Assembly: GCA_963817095.1 (NCBI GenBank)
Contig: CAWFND010000002.1
Location: forward strand, 34,841-98,840
Direction of reading: 5' to 3'
DNA length: 64,000 nt
Origin: an uncultured Chloroflexia bacterium
Lineage (GTDB): Bacteria; Chloroflexota; Limnocylindria; Limnocylindrales; CSP1-4
Shown here: positions 9,499 to 20,955 of the stretch, piece after piece
Layout: each line of letters opens with the position of its first letter
Position numbering within the stretch: the stretch's first letter is position 1
Program-made: the position numbers and the translations under genes
The notes under the pieces: model-generated
Databases searched by the model: none
Told to the model about the DNA's origin: nothing
What the model saw: the letters and a program-made list of their open reading frames with translations, nothing else

Positions 9499-10534
9499 TC
9501 AGCCCGTACCGGGCTCGGCAGTCACGAGTCCTGGCGCGCCGGGCGAACGCGGTTCGACCGACGGGACCAGTGTGACTGCAGATGCATAGCGGTACGCCGC
9601 CAAGCCCAGCAGGACGGGTGCGAGGAGCCAGAAGCTGAAGACATTCAAGGGGATCGCGCAGACGACGAACTCCATCCAGGCGACGTCATCACGGAGATCG
9701 GCACGATCAGGAACAAGCCCAACAAGCCGACTGCGACAAGCCTCGTGATCAGGACGGTGTCAACTCCTGGGACGAGGCGCTGGAGCAAGACGGACGGAGC
9801 GACATTCGTGGCAATGACCTGCTCGATGTTCTGGAATGCGACGAGAAAATCGGACAGGACATTGCTTCCGGTGATCAGGCAGAGGCCAAGCACGACGCCG
9901 ACCGCCGCCGCGGTTGCAGCGATCAGTGGCCTTGTCCTGCCTGTGCGGACCATGTAGATCGCCAGGGGCACGGCAGGAACGATCTTGATCGAAGCGAGGA
10001 AAACGCCAACTGCCAGGAGTGACGACCGATTCTGCCGCACGCCGATCACCCATACGACCAATCCGAGAACGACGAGGGCTTCTGCGTTCGCCCAAGCGAC
10101 AACCATCCACAAGGGCGTCGAGGTCACCAGCAGCGCGATCGTCAGAAGCCGATGTCGAGAGGGCACGGCAAGGACGACCGCGAGCGTCATCGCGATCACG
10201 ATGGTGAGCCACCAGACGGTCGCTCCGAGAATTGCCGGCAGGGCCGCCGCCGGGACGACCAATGGCAGGAACCACGGGGGCATGTTGAACATGCCGCTGA
10301 ATGCCGGAGACAGATAGTCGTATGGGCCGGCCAACAGCCGCGGGTCGTACAGCGGCAGGCCGCGAACCAGTCGGTCGAATCCATCGCGATACGTTGCCCA
10401 ATCGGCCCGAGGACCGACGGATATCTCGCGTAGGGGATCAACAGCTCGTTGAGGATCAGTCCGACAAGCAGCAGCGACACCCACGGGCGATCCGAACCCG
10501 GCGGCCATGCGACGCGGCGACGGATCTCGCGCAC
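9499..10534 (-). pseudogene. GT87/DUF2029-like polytopic membrane protein, two frame breaks, lower GC3 than its neighbours
   Basis: The N-terminus VREIRRRVAWPP..LLLVGLILNELLIPYA (ORF 10196..10534) comes first. The core LPLYDPRLLAGPYDY...ASIKIVPAVPL (ORF 9645..10508) follows. The C-terminus VAWMEFVVCAIPLNVFSFWLLAPVLLGLAAYRY is in a third frame and ends at 9499. Confidence 0.6.
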
Positions 10535-10545
10535 GTGGCCAACCG

Positions 10546-11562
10546 TCAGGAACGTTGCGGGGCGGCCGTGAGTTCAGGCTGGTCGGGGTCGAAGGACGAC
10601 GAGCGCATCCACGCGGCCGTTCGCTCGAGGCCCGAGGTCAGCGTGACCTGCGGCGCCCAGCGGAGCATCCGACGGGCTTTCTCGATGTTCACGACGCGGC
10701 GCCGGATGTTGTCGATGTCGCGGCGGTCGATGTGCACGACGTCGACGTCGACGCCCACGGCCCGGCCGATCTTCAGGGCGAGATCGTTGACCGACGTCTC
10801 GATGCCGGTCCCGACGTTGAACACCTCGCCCTCGGCCCGGGGGCGGATCGCCGCGAGGAGGGTCGCGTCGACCGCGTCGTCGATGTACGTGTAGTCGCGG
10901 GTCTGCTCGCCGTCGCCGTGGACCTGGAGGGGCTTGCCGTCGATCGCGGCGGCGAAGAACTTGGCGATGACGCCGCAGTACGGGTTGTCCGGGCGCTGGC
11001 CGACGCCGAAGACGTTCGAGTAGCGGACGACCGAGACCGGGACGCCATAGTTCTCGTAGAAGGCATTGCAGTACAGCTCGCCACCGAGCTTGCTGACCGC
11101 GTACGGCGAGAGGGCGACCGGCGGATCGTCCTCGTTGATCGGGATCGATCGGGGATTGCCGTAGATCGACGTGGAGCCGGTGTAGACGATCCGGTCGACC
11201 TTCGAGTCGCGCGCCGCGAGGAGGATGTTCAGCGTCCCGCCGATGTTCGTCGAGAAGTCCTCGCGCGGGTCCTTCGTGCTCGCGATGATGTTCCGGGCGG
11301 CCATGTGGAAGACGACCGAGGCGTCGGCGACGAGCTCGCGGACGAGGGCCTCGTCGACGACGGTTCCGGTGACCAGCTGGGCGCTCGTGGGGACCGTTTC
11401 GGCCCGCCCGGTGAAGAGGTCGTCGAGGACCGTGACGCGGGCGCCGGCCTCGGCCAGGCGGCGAGTCACGGCACCACCCACGAAGCCGGCACCGCCGGTG
11501 ACGAGGACGCGCCGGCCGGAGAAGGCTCGGGCGACCTGGTCGGTCATCCGTGGCTCGGTCAT
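10546..11562 (-). CDS. NAD-dependent nucleotide-sugar epimerase/dehydratase (extended SDR)
   Basis: VLVTGGAGFVGG Rossmann motif and catalytic YAVSK. Intact 338 aa. Confidence 0.9.
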   Translation of the reverse strand: MTEPRMTDQVARAFSGRRVLVTGGAGFVGGAVTRRLAEAGARVTVLDDLFTGRAETVPTSAQLVTGTVVDEALVRELVADASVVFHMAARNIIASTKDPREDFSTNIGGTLNILLAARDSKVDRIVYTGSTSIYGNPRSIPINEDDPPVALSPYAVSKLGGELYCNAFYENYGVPVSVVRYSNVFGVGQRPDNPYCGVIAKFFAAAIDGKPLQVHGDGEQTRDYTYIDDAVDATLLAAIRPRAEGEVFNVGTGIETSVNDLALKIGRAVGVDVDVVHIDRRDIDNIRRRVVNIEKARRMLRWAPQVTLTSGLERTAAWMRSSSFDPDQPELTAAPQRS

Positions 11563-11575
11563 CGGGTCGTGGCCG

Positions 11576-12343
11576 TCATCGCTTCACCCCGGCGCGCAGG
11601 AGGATTGCCGGCCGGAACAGCCGCCACCAGTCCTTCAGGCCACGCATCTTCGTGTAGCCCTCCCTGGCGTGGTAGCGGACGGTGCACGGCACCTCGATCA
11701 CCTTGTACCCGCGACGGATCGACTTGTACAGCACGTAGGGCTCCAGGTCGTAGCTCGTGAGCCAGTCCTGGTCGAGGTCGATCTTCGGGTCGCGGAGGAT
11801 GTCGGCCTTGAAGATCCGGAAGCCGTTCGTCGCATCGGTGACGCGGCGGAAGACGAGGATCGAGAAGACGACCGAGTAGAGCCGCGTGCCGAAGCTGCGG
11901 TGTCCGATCGGGCCCACGACCCGGCCGCCCTTGCGCCAGCGGGAGCCCTGGGCGTAGTCGGCGCCGGCGGCCTCGAGGGCAGCGAGCGCGGTGATCAGCT
12001 CCGCGGGTTCGTGCTGATCGTCGCCGGACAGGAGGGCGAGGTACTTGCGCTCGCGCCGGAGCCCTTCCTTCCAGCCATCGCGGATCGCGGCACCCACGCC
12101 TCCGCGCTCCTCGTGGCGGATGACGACCGCAGCGCCGTGCTCGCGCGCCTCGTCGCCCGTCCCATCCGTGGAGCCGTCATCGACGACGATCGCCTCGAAC
12201 CAGCCGCTCGTGGGCAGCTTGTCGAGGACGCGGCCGATCTTGCCGGCCTCGTTGAGGGCGGGAATGATGACGGCGACGATCGGCGTGACGGGGGGCGGCC
12301 GATCGCCCTCCACGGCGGTCGGCACAGGCGATTCTGCTTCCAC
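11576..12343 (-). CDS. GT2 glycosyltransferase (polyprenyl-phosphate sugar synthase-like)
   Basis: VAVIIPALNE...VVDDGSTDGT...LSGDDQHEP (DxD-like)...NGFRIF. Intact 255 aa. Confidence 0.85.
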   Translation of the reverse strand: MEAESPVPTAVEGDRPPPVTPIVAVIIPALNEAGKIGRVLDKLPTSGWFEAIVVDDGSTDGTGDEAREHGAAVVIRHEERGGVGAAIRDGWKEGLRRERKYLALLSGDDQHEPAELITALAALEAAGADYAQGSRWRKGGRVVGPIGHRSFGTRLYSVVFSILVFRRVTDATNGFRIFKADILRDPKIDLDQDWLTSYDLEPYVLYKSIRRGYKVIEVPCTVRYHAREGYTKMRGLKDWWRLFRPAILLRAGVKR

Positions 12344-12547
12344 GTGTCCCCGGGCTGCTCACGGAGGGATAGAGCGCCGCCATCGTGGCCCTCGATGGTG
12401 CCAGTCGGCAACCCCCCACGAGTACCAACGCCCTCCGGCTGACCAGAATCGTGATTGCACGGCGGCGCCGCGATTCGTCGGCCGCGGAGCTGACGTGCGC
12501 GACCCGGCGAGGGCGATCGTTCGGCACGCCGTGGCGCGACAACGACC

Positions 12548-13577
12548 TCAGCCAGCCGGTGCAGGCTCCGTTCGACCGCTGAAGTCCAAGCCTCGGGCGC
12601 CTTCGGTCCACGGGGCGGCCAGGGCGAGCAGCGATACGAGACCCGATGCGTACAGCGCGGGCGTTCCGAGGACCGATGCAAGAAGGGCGGCAATGAACGA
12701 AGCGCGCGGCCATCGGCTTCCGAGCAGCCAGCTCGCGACGAACCCGAGCACCAAGAACGCATAGCTGGCCCAGGAGATGCCCGTGAGCCCGGAGATGCTC
12801 AACTCTGTCGGCTGATTGCCGGAGAGCGTCCCGAGGTAGGCCACGTATGACCCGGGCCCTGCCCCGATCGCGCCGAGCGCGAACATGAAAGCCAACGCCG
12901 CGAACGCAGCGCCGACAGCGGCCCAGCGCCGGCCACCGGCCATCCAGCCCGTCATGGCCATCGGCGACAGCTTGATCGAGGCAGCGAAGCCGATCAGCGC
13001 GCCGGAGGCAGGCCGCGCTCGAAGCCGCCACACCAGCGATGTACAGCGCGGGCATGAACGCGTTGACATTCGCGACGGCCAACTGTTCACCGATCGCGTG
13101 TGAGAGCAGGAGGGCGAGCAGGACCCCGGGCAGACCAGTCTTGACGACGACGAAGAGGACCGTACCGAGCAAGGCAACCCAACACGCGACCACCCAGAGC
13201 GTGATCCCCCAGTCCACGGCGGCGAGCGGACGCCACAGGACAGCGATCGGCGGCGGCGAGAGCAACGGGGCGGTGTAGAGGCCAGGAATCGTCAGCACCG
13301 GCAGGTCGCCCGGGACCAAGTGGTAAAGGTCGTGTCCGATGTTCAGCCGATCTCCCGCTGCCCGATATGTCATGGCGTCGGTGAACGGCTCCATGAGGTT
13401 GCCGGGTTCGTTGTAGACGGAAAAGTTCGCGGATGTCCAGGCGAGGGCGGTGCCCACGACCAGCGCGATGAGCAACACGTTGAGGATCCTGCGGATCGTC
13501 GGGCTCACCGGACGATTCGGGATCCGAGCGATTCGAGGGACCTCGGGCCTGATCCCGGGTTCCAGAACGTTGGTCAC
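12548..13577 (-). pseudogene. GT87/DUF2029-like membrane protein (paralog type B), one frame break
   Basis: GTG 13577 forms a GTGA overlap with the upstream stop. The N-terminal part carries PLLSPPPIAVLWRPLA...NVNAFMPALYIAG. The C-terminal part (ORF 12548..13177) carries WRLRARPASGALIGFAASIKLSP. The whole protein is colinear with 34847..35773, and the break lies at ~13030-13045. Confidence 0.7.
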
Positions 13578-14596
13578 AGTCGACCCGCCGCGACCTCGTC
13601 GCGGATCCACGGGATGACCTCGTCGAGCATCGTCTCGAGCGACGTGGTCGCCTCGTACCCGAGAACCGCCTTCGCCTTGCGGACGTCCGGGACGCGGAGC
13701 TGGACGTCGTGCTCGAACGGCGCATCCGAGACATACGCGAACGGGCGGCCGTCCGTGTGGATCTTCGACCAGATGCACTCGGCGAGCTCGAGGACCGTCG
13801 TCGACCGCGCCGTCGACAGGTTGAAGTCGTTGTTGATCCCGTCCGGTGACTCCATCGCCAGCCGGATCCCGTGAGCGAGGTCGCCGCCGTACGTGTAGTG
13901 GCGGACCTGCGACCCGTCGCCGAGGATGTGGAGAGGATCCTGGCCCTTGAGGACCTTGAGGACGAGATCCGGCACGACGTGTGACAGCGCCAGCTTCACG
14001 TTGCCGGACATGATGTCGGTGTCGCGAACGGCGCGACGCTCGCCGATCCCGACACAGTTGAAGGGCCGGACGATCGTGTACGGCAGCTCGTACTGCTCCC
14101 ACGCGCCGGCCGCGAAGAACTCCGCGGCGAGCTTCTGGAAGCCGTAGGTGGAGACCGGCGGCGGGGACGTCAGCTGCGCGCCTTCGGGCGTCGGGAAGAC
14201 GGTCGCCGACTCGTAGACCATCGAGCTGCTGACGACGATGATCCGGTCCAGGGTCCCGGCCTTGTGCGCGGCGATCGCCGCATCGAACGTGGCGGCGAGG
14301 ATCCGCTCGTTCTCGGCGATCAGGTCGTACGCGAACTCGTGGAAGTAGCTGATCCCGCCGATCATCGCGGCGGCCGCCACGACCTGGTCGACATCGGCCG
14401 CGAGCTCCGTCATCAGCCCGATGTCCTTGGCATCGCCCTCGACGAATCGGTAGCGCGGATGGTCGTCGTACGACTTCGTCAGCCGGCCGTACTTGCTGAA
14501 GTCATCGAGCCCGACGACGTCGTGACCGGCCTCGAGGAGCTCGGGCACGAGGTAGCCGTTGATGAACCCGGCGGCGCCGGTGACGAGGATCTTCAC
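13574..14596 (-). CDS. NAD-dependent nucleotide-sugar epimerase/dehydratase (extended SDR)
   Basis: MKILVTGAAGFINGY, catalytic YGFQK. GTG 14596 has a ggagg SD upstream. Intact 340 aa. Confidence 0.9.
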   Translation of the reverse strand: MKILVTGAAGFINGYLVPELLEAGHDVVGLDDFSKYGRLTKSYDDHPRYRFVEGDAKDIGLMTELAADVDQVVAAAAMIGGISYFHEFAYDLIAENERILAATFDAAIAAHKAGTLDRIIVVSSSMVYESATVFPTPEGAQLTSPPPVSTYGFQKLAAEFFAAGAWEQYELPYTIVRPFNCVGIGERRAVRDTDIMSGNVKLALSHVVPDLVLKVLKGQDPLHILGDGSQVRHYTYGGDLAHGIRLAMESPDGINNDFNLSTARSTTVLELAECIWSKIHTDGRPFAYVSDAPFEHDVQLRVPDVRKAKAVLGYEATTSLETMLDEVIPWIRDEVAAGRL

Positions 14597-15263
14597 TCCG
14601 ACCTCCGCGGCGCGCCGGCCGACGTACGAGCGTCTGCCGGCCGAGGATCCACCAGGCCGGCCGGAATGCGAGATACGCTCGGACGAGCCAGCCGTTCTGC
14701 GGGAACTTGCTCTTCGTCGTGTAGGGCAGGAACCGGACCACGAGCTCCTCGGTCTCGAAGCCCGCGGTGTCCGCAGCCTCTTCCAGGCTCTTCTCGGTCA
14801 GCGGCGTCTTGTGATCGAGGAAGTCCCAGTACGAGCCACCGACGAGACGGATGTTCGGCTGGAGGATGATCACCCGCCCGCCGGGCCGGAGCACCTGGCC
14901 GACGACCTTCAGCTGGGCGACGACCTCGTCCGCCGAGCCGAGGTGCTCCAGGTAGTTGCTCATGAAGACCACATCCACCGAGGCGGGTGCGATGTGGTCG
15001 AGGATCTCGAGGCCGTTGCTCTGGACGAACCGCACGCCCGGATCCAGGTGGGCCCGGACGTCGCGCAGGTCGACGGCGATGCGATCGCCCGCCTTGACGA
15101 CGTTGATGAACGCGCCGCGATCGCAGGCGAGGTCGAGGACCGTCGACGACGGATCGATGTAGCGCTGGAGGAACCGCGTGATCTCGCGCCAGACCTCGCC
15201 GCGTCGCGGCGAGTCGGCGTCGCTGAAGCGCCGGGCGTAGATCGCCGGAAGGTCATCGTCCAC
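14502..15263 (-). CDS. Class I SAM-dependent methyltransferase; 3' end uncertain
   Basis: VLDLACDRGAF (motif I) and LRPGGRVIILQPN. The Arg-rich tail overlaps the next gene by 95 nt. In another frame a TGA forms a GTGA overlap with GTG 14596, so a late frame error is possible. Confidence 0.75.
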   Translation of the reverse strand: MDDDLPAIYARRFSDADSPRRGEVWREITRFLQRYIDPSSTVLDLACDRGAFINVVKAGDRIAVDLRDVRAHLDPGVRFVQSNGLEILDHIAPASVDVVFMSNYLEHLGSADEVVAQLKVVGQVLRPGGRVIILQPNIRLVGGSYWDFLDHKTPLTEKSLEEAADTAGFETEELVVRFLPYTTKSKFPQNGWLVRAYLAFRPAWWILGRQTLVRRPARRGGRSEDPRHRRRRVHQRLPRARAPRGRSRRRRAR

Positions 15264-15284
15264 CGGGTCAGCGGCCGCCGGCGG

Positions 15285-16480
15285 TCACAGGGCGATCCCG
15301 CGGCCGAGGGCACCCCAGACGTCGACGACATCCTTGCCGCCGATCTCGAGGTTTCGATACGCCTTGTGCGGCACGCCGAGGACGAGGATGTCGCTCTCCT
15401 GGAGGACGCACTCGAGCGTCGTCAGGCGCTCGTCGACCACGTACGGGTCCGTGCAGATCACAGTCGCGCCGGCCCACGCCAACAGCTTGCGCAGCTTGTA
15501 GCTGAGTGACGCCCGCATGTCGTCGGACTCGGCCTTGAAGGCCATGCCGAGGATCCCGACCGTCTTGCCCGCGAGGCCGCCGTAGCGGCGCTCGAGGGCC
15601 GAGACGACGTACGCCGGCAGCCCCTCGTTGACCTGCATCGCGGCCTGGCCGAGCGGGAAGTGATCGGTCGTGAATGCGGCGAGCTGCATCGTGTCCTTGA
15701 ACAGGCACGGCCCGGCGGCGAACCCGGGCCCGGCAGGTCCTGTGCTCGCGGATAGTCGGTCCGGATGGCGTTGAGGACGTTCGTGTAGTCCACGCCCGCC
15801 TGGTCCGCGATCATGAAGAACTGGTTCGCGACGGCGAACTTCATGTACCGCCAGGTGTTCGTGAAGAGCTTCGCGAGCTCGGCCTCCTTCGAGGTCGTCC
15901 GGATCGTCGACGGCACGAGGTTCGCGAAGAGCGCGGCAGCGCGGGTGGCTGCCCGGTCGTCGTCGGCACCGATGATCTGCGGCAGGCTGTGCAGCTCCTC
16001 CAGCGCGTGGCCCTCGGCGATCCGCTCCGGGCAGAACGCGACGTCGACGTCACAGCCGATCGCCTTGAGGCGCTGGGCCACGTACGCGGTCGTTCCCGGG
16101 TAGACGGTGCTGCGGAGGGCGACGAGCGCGCCTTGCCGGACGTGCGGAGCGATCTGGTTGACCGCTCGCTCGAAGACCGTCATCGACGGCCCGAGGAACT
16201 CGTCCACCGGGGTCCCGATCACGACCACGATCTGGTCGGTCCGCTCGAGGATCGCGCCGTCCGTGCTCATCTCCAGCCGGCCCGTGTCGAGGACCCGCCG
16301 AAGGAGCTCGTCCGCCCCGGTCTCGAGGAACGGCATCTTGCCCGCCGCGACCCGATCCAGGGTGGGCTGGCTGAGGTCGTAGATGCCCGTCCGCAGGCCG
16401 GCGTCGGCGAAGACGAGGCTCAGCGGAAGACCGACGTGGCCCGCGCCTCCAAGGACCACGACGTCGAGATCGGACGGCAT
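15285..16480 (-). pseudogene. UDP-glucose/GDP-mannose dehydrogenase-family nucleotide-sugar dehydrogenase, one frame break
   Basis: The N-terminal part (ORF 15458..16480) carries VVVLGGAGHVG. The C-terminal part (ORF 15285..15689) follows. The junction should read DLPGPGFAAGPCLFKDT, but one base is missing at the C3 run 15723-15725. Confidence 0.85.
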
Positions 16481-16601
16481 GCGGAGAGGCTACCAGCCCG
16501 GTGCACGCCGACACCACGCGCCGATGGTCCCAGCGCAATAGGGACGCTTCGCGAATGGGCGTTTCCGGGAGGCAACAGTTCGTGCCTGCAGCACCCTTTC
16601 A

Positions 16602-18276
16602 ATGGGGGTGCGAGGACCGTACTATTCGGCACCCTTGTACTCCGTAACGCATCTGACGCAGGCCGACCGCCAGAAGGCGGCTGTAGGCGTACGCCCGCGC
16701 AACGCCGCCTTCGCCCCGCTCGTCGGCTCAGGGCTCGTCGGAGTTCTACTGTCGCTACCGGCGATGTTCGCCCCGCTCAACCTCTACGACGGCGGCCTTG
16801 CGTCTTCCGCGGCCACATTCCTCTTGCACGGCGCGCTGCCCTATCGCGACTTCTGGTGGCTGTACGGTCCCGGCGGACCTGTCCTCCTCGCCCCATTCGT
16901 CGCGCTCTTCGGGCCCAGCCTGCTCGGCATCCGGGTGGCCGGGCTTGTCGTCGCGTTCTGGCTGACAGCCGCCGGCTACGCCTGGATGCGCGCAGCGCGA
17001 CTCACGTTCGTCCTGGCGGTCCTGATTCCCGCAACGACCGTCGGGTTCATGTCCTTCCTCAACGGGCTCGAGCCGACGACCTGGTTCATCGGAATGGCTT
17101 TCGCGATCTCCGGCCTCTATGTGCGTGTGTTCCGACGCGACTGGGCGGTGATCGCAGGACTGTTGATCGCCGCGGCAGCCTTGACCAGGCTCGACCTCGG
17201 CGCCTACGCCTTCACTGCCGCACTGCTCGTTCCTCATCGCGCACGATTCCTTGCGACCGTGGTCGGGATCGGCCTACTGTCGGCGGTGGCAGCGCTGATG
17301 ATTGCCGACCTTCCGACGCTGTTCGAACAGCTGATCTGGTATCCGATCGTCGGCCCTCGCCAGTTCCGCGGCCTCCCACTTCCACAGATCAGCGACGCGA
17401 TCACTGCCGTGGCGTTCATCGTCGTCGTCCTGGTCCCGAAAGCCGGCGTCGTCGTTGCGATTACCCAGATGCTGGCGGGTCGCCAGCGTGATCGAGCGCT
17501 GGTCGTCCTGACCGTGTTCGCCGCTCTGTGCCAGCTTCAGACGGCCGGCCGGAGCGACTTCTACCATCAGGTCCAGGGCGGATTCCCCGGGACGCTGTTG
17601 CTGGCTTACACGCTCGGCAGGATGTCCGAGGTGCCGCTTCGACGGATGCCGTCCATCGGTGCGTCGCGGCTCGTCGGGCTAGCCGTGCTTGCGGCCGTAT
17701 GCGGGTTCAACCTCTCCTTCAGCGTGATCGCCCTCCGTCTGCCCGAGCTGGGCAGGCTGGGCCCAAGCGAGCAGGCATTCGTCGCCGCCGTCCGGACGAT
17801 CTCGAGCAGCTCGACGCCCGACGAGCCGATCTTCGTCGCTCTGACATCGAACCGGCTCACCTTCGCGAACGACATGCTCGCCTACTACCTCGCCGATCGC
17901 CGCTCGGGCGTCCACGTGGCGATGTTCAACCCAGGCGTATCCAATACGGACCAGGTCCAGCGCGAGATGATCGACGACCTCGAGACCAGCAGGACCCGGT
18001 TCGTGCTGCTCGACCAACAGTGGGCCGACAGCGAGCGAGCCGACGAACGACAGCGCGATTCCGGGCTCGTCGTTGCTCGACGACTACCTGTCGAGCGCAC
18101 TTCGCTGGAGCGTGCGACTTCGGTTCCGTCCGGGTCGCGGTCCGGACGCCGCCAGCGTGTCGATCCCCTGTGCCAACGTCGTCGACGAGTCAATCCTCGA
18201 CTTCTTGCCCCGCCTCGATCGGCCGGAGCTGGATCCGTCGATCGGCGCCGTCAGGACGGTTGGTCGCCCCGAATAA
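16602..18276 (+). CDS. Large polytopic GT-C-like membrane protein; the C-terminal ~85 aa need frame changes
   Basis: About 12 TM helices (LPYRDFWWLYGPGG..) with lower GC3 than neighbours. After ~18030 the high-GC3 signal moves between frames (SEPTNDS..LLDDYLSS, then HFAGACDFGSVRV, then ANVVDESILDFLPRLDRPELD), with a stop at 18276. Confidence 0.55.
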
Positions 18277-19696
18277 GGACCGTCCCGTCCTCGTCGTGGA
18301 ACGCCTGGCGCCAGCCGTTGGCCTCGAGCCGCGCGACCATCTCCGCCTGATCGGGCGCCGCGACGACGATCGTCACGCCCCAGTCCTTCAGCGTGTCCTC
18401 CCAGCCGGGCGCGCCGCTCGCGATCCGGTCAGCCCCGTCCCAGGCCGCGGGCGGGATCAGCTCGATCCGGGAGTCGACGGCGACCGTGGCATCCGGAAGG
18501 GCGAACTCGAACCATGAGCCCCACGGCTGCGGCGCAAGCAGACGATCACCGGGCTGGACGAGGCCGCGGAGCGCCGCGGTGATCCCGGGCGGCGCGGTCC
18601 CGACGACCCCGGCCGGCGTGCCGAGCTTGGCGTCGATCGGACGCCAGACCGGCAGGGCGGCGATCCCGACGACGACCAGGATCACCGCGATCGCGGCGTT
18701 GAGCCGGCGCATCAGCGGTGGGTCGACGCGCTCGGGGCGAGTCTCCCGCACGTCGTCGGGAGCGGGGAGCGCCAGTGGGGCGATCGTGGCCGCGGCGACG
18801 AACGGCCACCAGGCGAGACCGCGGACCGCCCACGCACCGAGCGCGAGGAACGGCACGAGCCAGAGGAGCATCGTCCACGGTACGCGTCGACCGCGCGCAG
18901 CCGCTGCGACGGCCGCCACGGCCACGAGCCCGGCCGACAGGAAGAAGAGGGCGCCTTCGGGCGTCCGGATCGTCGTGGGCTGCCATTCGGTGATCCGGCT
19001 CGTGATCAGGCTGTTCGTCGAGATCCCGGCGGCATAGCCCCAGACCCCGACCCCGAACGGGGTGACGAACGTCGCGAGGATCGTCGCGACCAGGAGTCCG
19101 GCCGTCGCCTTCCAGCGCGGCTCGCGATCGACGAGGTCCTCGACCAGGGCGATCGCGACGAGCGCTGGCGCCAGGATGAAGCTGCCGTGGACGTTCGCCC
19201 AGACGACGACCAGCGGAACGGTCAGCCAGACGAGCCGAGGCTCGTCGCGGCGACGGAGGACCAGCCACAACACGGCGGCGAACAACGCGACGCCGAACAG
19301 CTGTGGCCGGAGCCCGAGGGTGATCGCGGCACAGCCGAAGGCCGCCAGCGTCAGCCACGCACCCACGCGGACCGATCCCGAACGCCGCCGGCAGAGGTCG
19401 AACAGCAAGCCGAAGGCGATCCCGACGAGCGCGGCCCGGAGCAGCACCAGCCCGGTCCAGCCGGCCAGCCGGTAGGCGAGGGCGAGGATCACCTGGGCCA
19501 GCCACTGCTGGTCCTGCCAGGCCATCCCGGCCGCCGTGAACGTCCAGGTGTCGACCCGCGGGATCGCGCCCGTGTCGAGGATCTCGCCGCCCGCTCGCAG
19601 GTGATAGGCGAGGTCGACGGTCGGAAGCGGGGCGATGACCGCCGCGAGGACGGGCAGCCCGATCGCGAGGAACGCCCACAGACGGCGGAGGCTCAC
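18251..19696 (-). CDS. Polytopic membrane protein, GT-C-like, with a C-terminal periplasmic domain
   Basis: Intact 481 aa from GTG 19696. It has many TM helices, the motif VVWANVHGSF, and a soluble tail (GWEDTLKDWGVTIVVAAPDQAEMVARLEANGW). Confidence 0.6.
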   Translation of the reverse strand: MSLRRLWAFLAIGLPVLAAVIAPLPTVDLAYHLRAGGEILDTGAIPRVDTWTFTAAGMAWQDQQWLAQVILALAYRLAGWTGLVLLRAALVGIAFGLLFDLCRRRSGSVRVGAWLTLAAFGCAAITLGLRPQLFGVALFAAVLWLVLRRRDEPRLVWLTVPLVVVWANVHGSFILAPALVAIALVEDLVDREPRWKATAGLLVATILATFVTPFGVGVWGYAAGISTNSLITSRITEWQPTTIRTPEGALFFLSAGLVAVAAVAAAARGRRVPWTMLLWLVPFLALGAWAVRGLAWWPFVAAATIAPLALPAPDDVRETRPERVDPPLMRRLNAAIAVILVVVGIAALPVWRPIDAKLGTPAGVVGTAPPGITAALRGLVQPGDRLLAPQPWGSWFEFALPDATVAVDSRIELIPPAAWDGADRIASGAPGWEDTLKDWGVTIVVAAPDQAEMVARLEANGWRQAFHDEDGTVLIRGDQPS

Positions 19697-19753
19697 CCGC
19701 GGGATGCTAGCGGCCGGCGGTGCGGCTGCGCACCGCGACGATGGTCCTGGGGC

Positions 19754-20955
19754 TCAGCTCGCCGCCGATTCGGAGAGGCGGACCGCGCGGGCCCCCTCGT
19801 CGTAGATCTCCTCGATCGCCTTGACCATCAGCTCGACGCAGAAGCGCTCGTGGGCGAGGTCGTGGCCGGCACGGGCGATCTGGCTGGCGAAGGCATGGTC
19901 GCGGAGCAGGCGGACGATGCGCGTTTGCGAGGGCGACCGGGTTGTCGTGCTCGACGAGGAGGCCGGTCACGCCGTCCTCGATCATCTCGGGGATCCCGCC
20001 GACGTCGGACGCGACGACCGGTCGCGAGAGCGCCATCGCCTCGAGGATCGAGAGGCCCTGGGCCTCGCGCCAGCTCGGCAGCACCGCGACGTCGAGCGCT
20101 GCGGTCACCGCCGGGACGTCGTCGCGCCGGCCGGTGAAGATCACCCGGTGGGCGACCTTGTGGGCCGCTGCCCACTGCTCGAGGAAGTCCCGCCGAGACC
20201 CCTCACCGACGATCAGCAGATACGCGTCCGGCACCTCGCGGAGGACATGCGGCCAGGCCTCGATCAGGGTCTGGTGGCCCTTCTCGGGCTCCAGCCGGGC
20301 CACGACCCCGACGATCTGCGAGCCGGGTTCCATGCCGAACTCCTCGCGCAGCGTGGACGGGCCCTGGTGGTCGTACCGCTGAAGGTCGACGCCGTTGTAG
20401 ATCAGCCGGACGGGCGCGCCCGGTCCGATGCTCGTCGGCGATCTTCCGGACGATCGAGCGGCTCACGGCGATCAGCTGGTCCATGTTCGGGGTCAGCTGG
20501 CGGATCAGCTCGCGATCCTCGTCGGAGCGGACGCGCGACGAGTGGACGGTCGACACGACGTACGGCCGGCGATGCCCGGTCGCGGCAAGCGCCATCGCGG
20601 CCTTCGTGCCGATCACGTCGGCGCGGTACATGTGGGTGTGGATGACGTCCGGGCGGACGAGGGCGAGGTGCGCGGTGAGGGCTCGAACCGCGGCCGCGTC
20701 ATCCGGATCGTCGATCACGGTCACCGGGATGCCGTGCCGCTCCAGCTTCCGCACCGCGCTGCCGCCGGCCAGGGCGACGACCGACGCGTCGTAGTGCGTC
20801 GCGTCGAGCCGGGTCATGAGCGAGAAGAGATGCTCCTGTGCGCCGCCGTTCGAACCCGTCGCGAGGATCTCGACGACCCGGACGCGATCCGGTCCGGGCA
20901 GGTCGAGGTGCTCGATCGGGACGAGGCAGGGGTCCCAGAGGGGAGGCGCGCCCAT
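19754..20955 (-). pseudogene. GT4 (GT-B fold) glycosyltransferase, two frame breaks
   Basis: The first fragment is VVEILATGSNGGAQEH..VHSSR..IADEH. The second is IGPGAPVRLIYNGVD...EPEKGH...PSWREAQGLSILEAMA..GIPEMIEDG. The third is IVRLLRDHAFASQIARAG..YDEGARAVRLSESAAS, with its stop at 19754. The breaks lie at ~20415 and ~19920. Confidence 0.85.
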
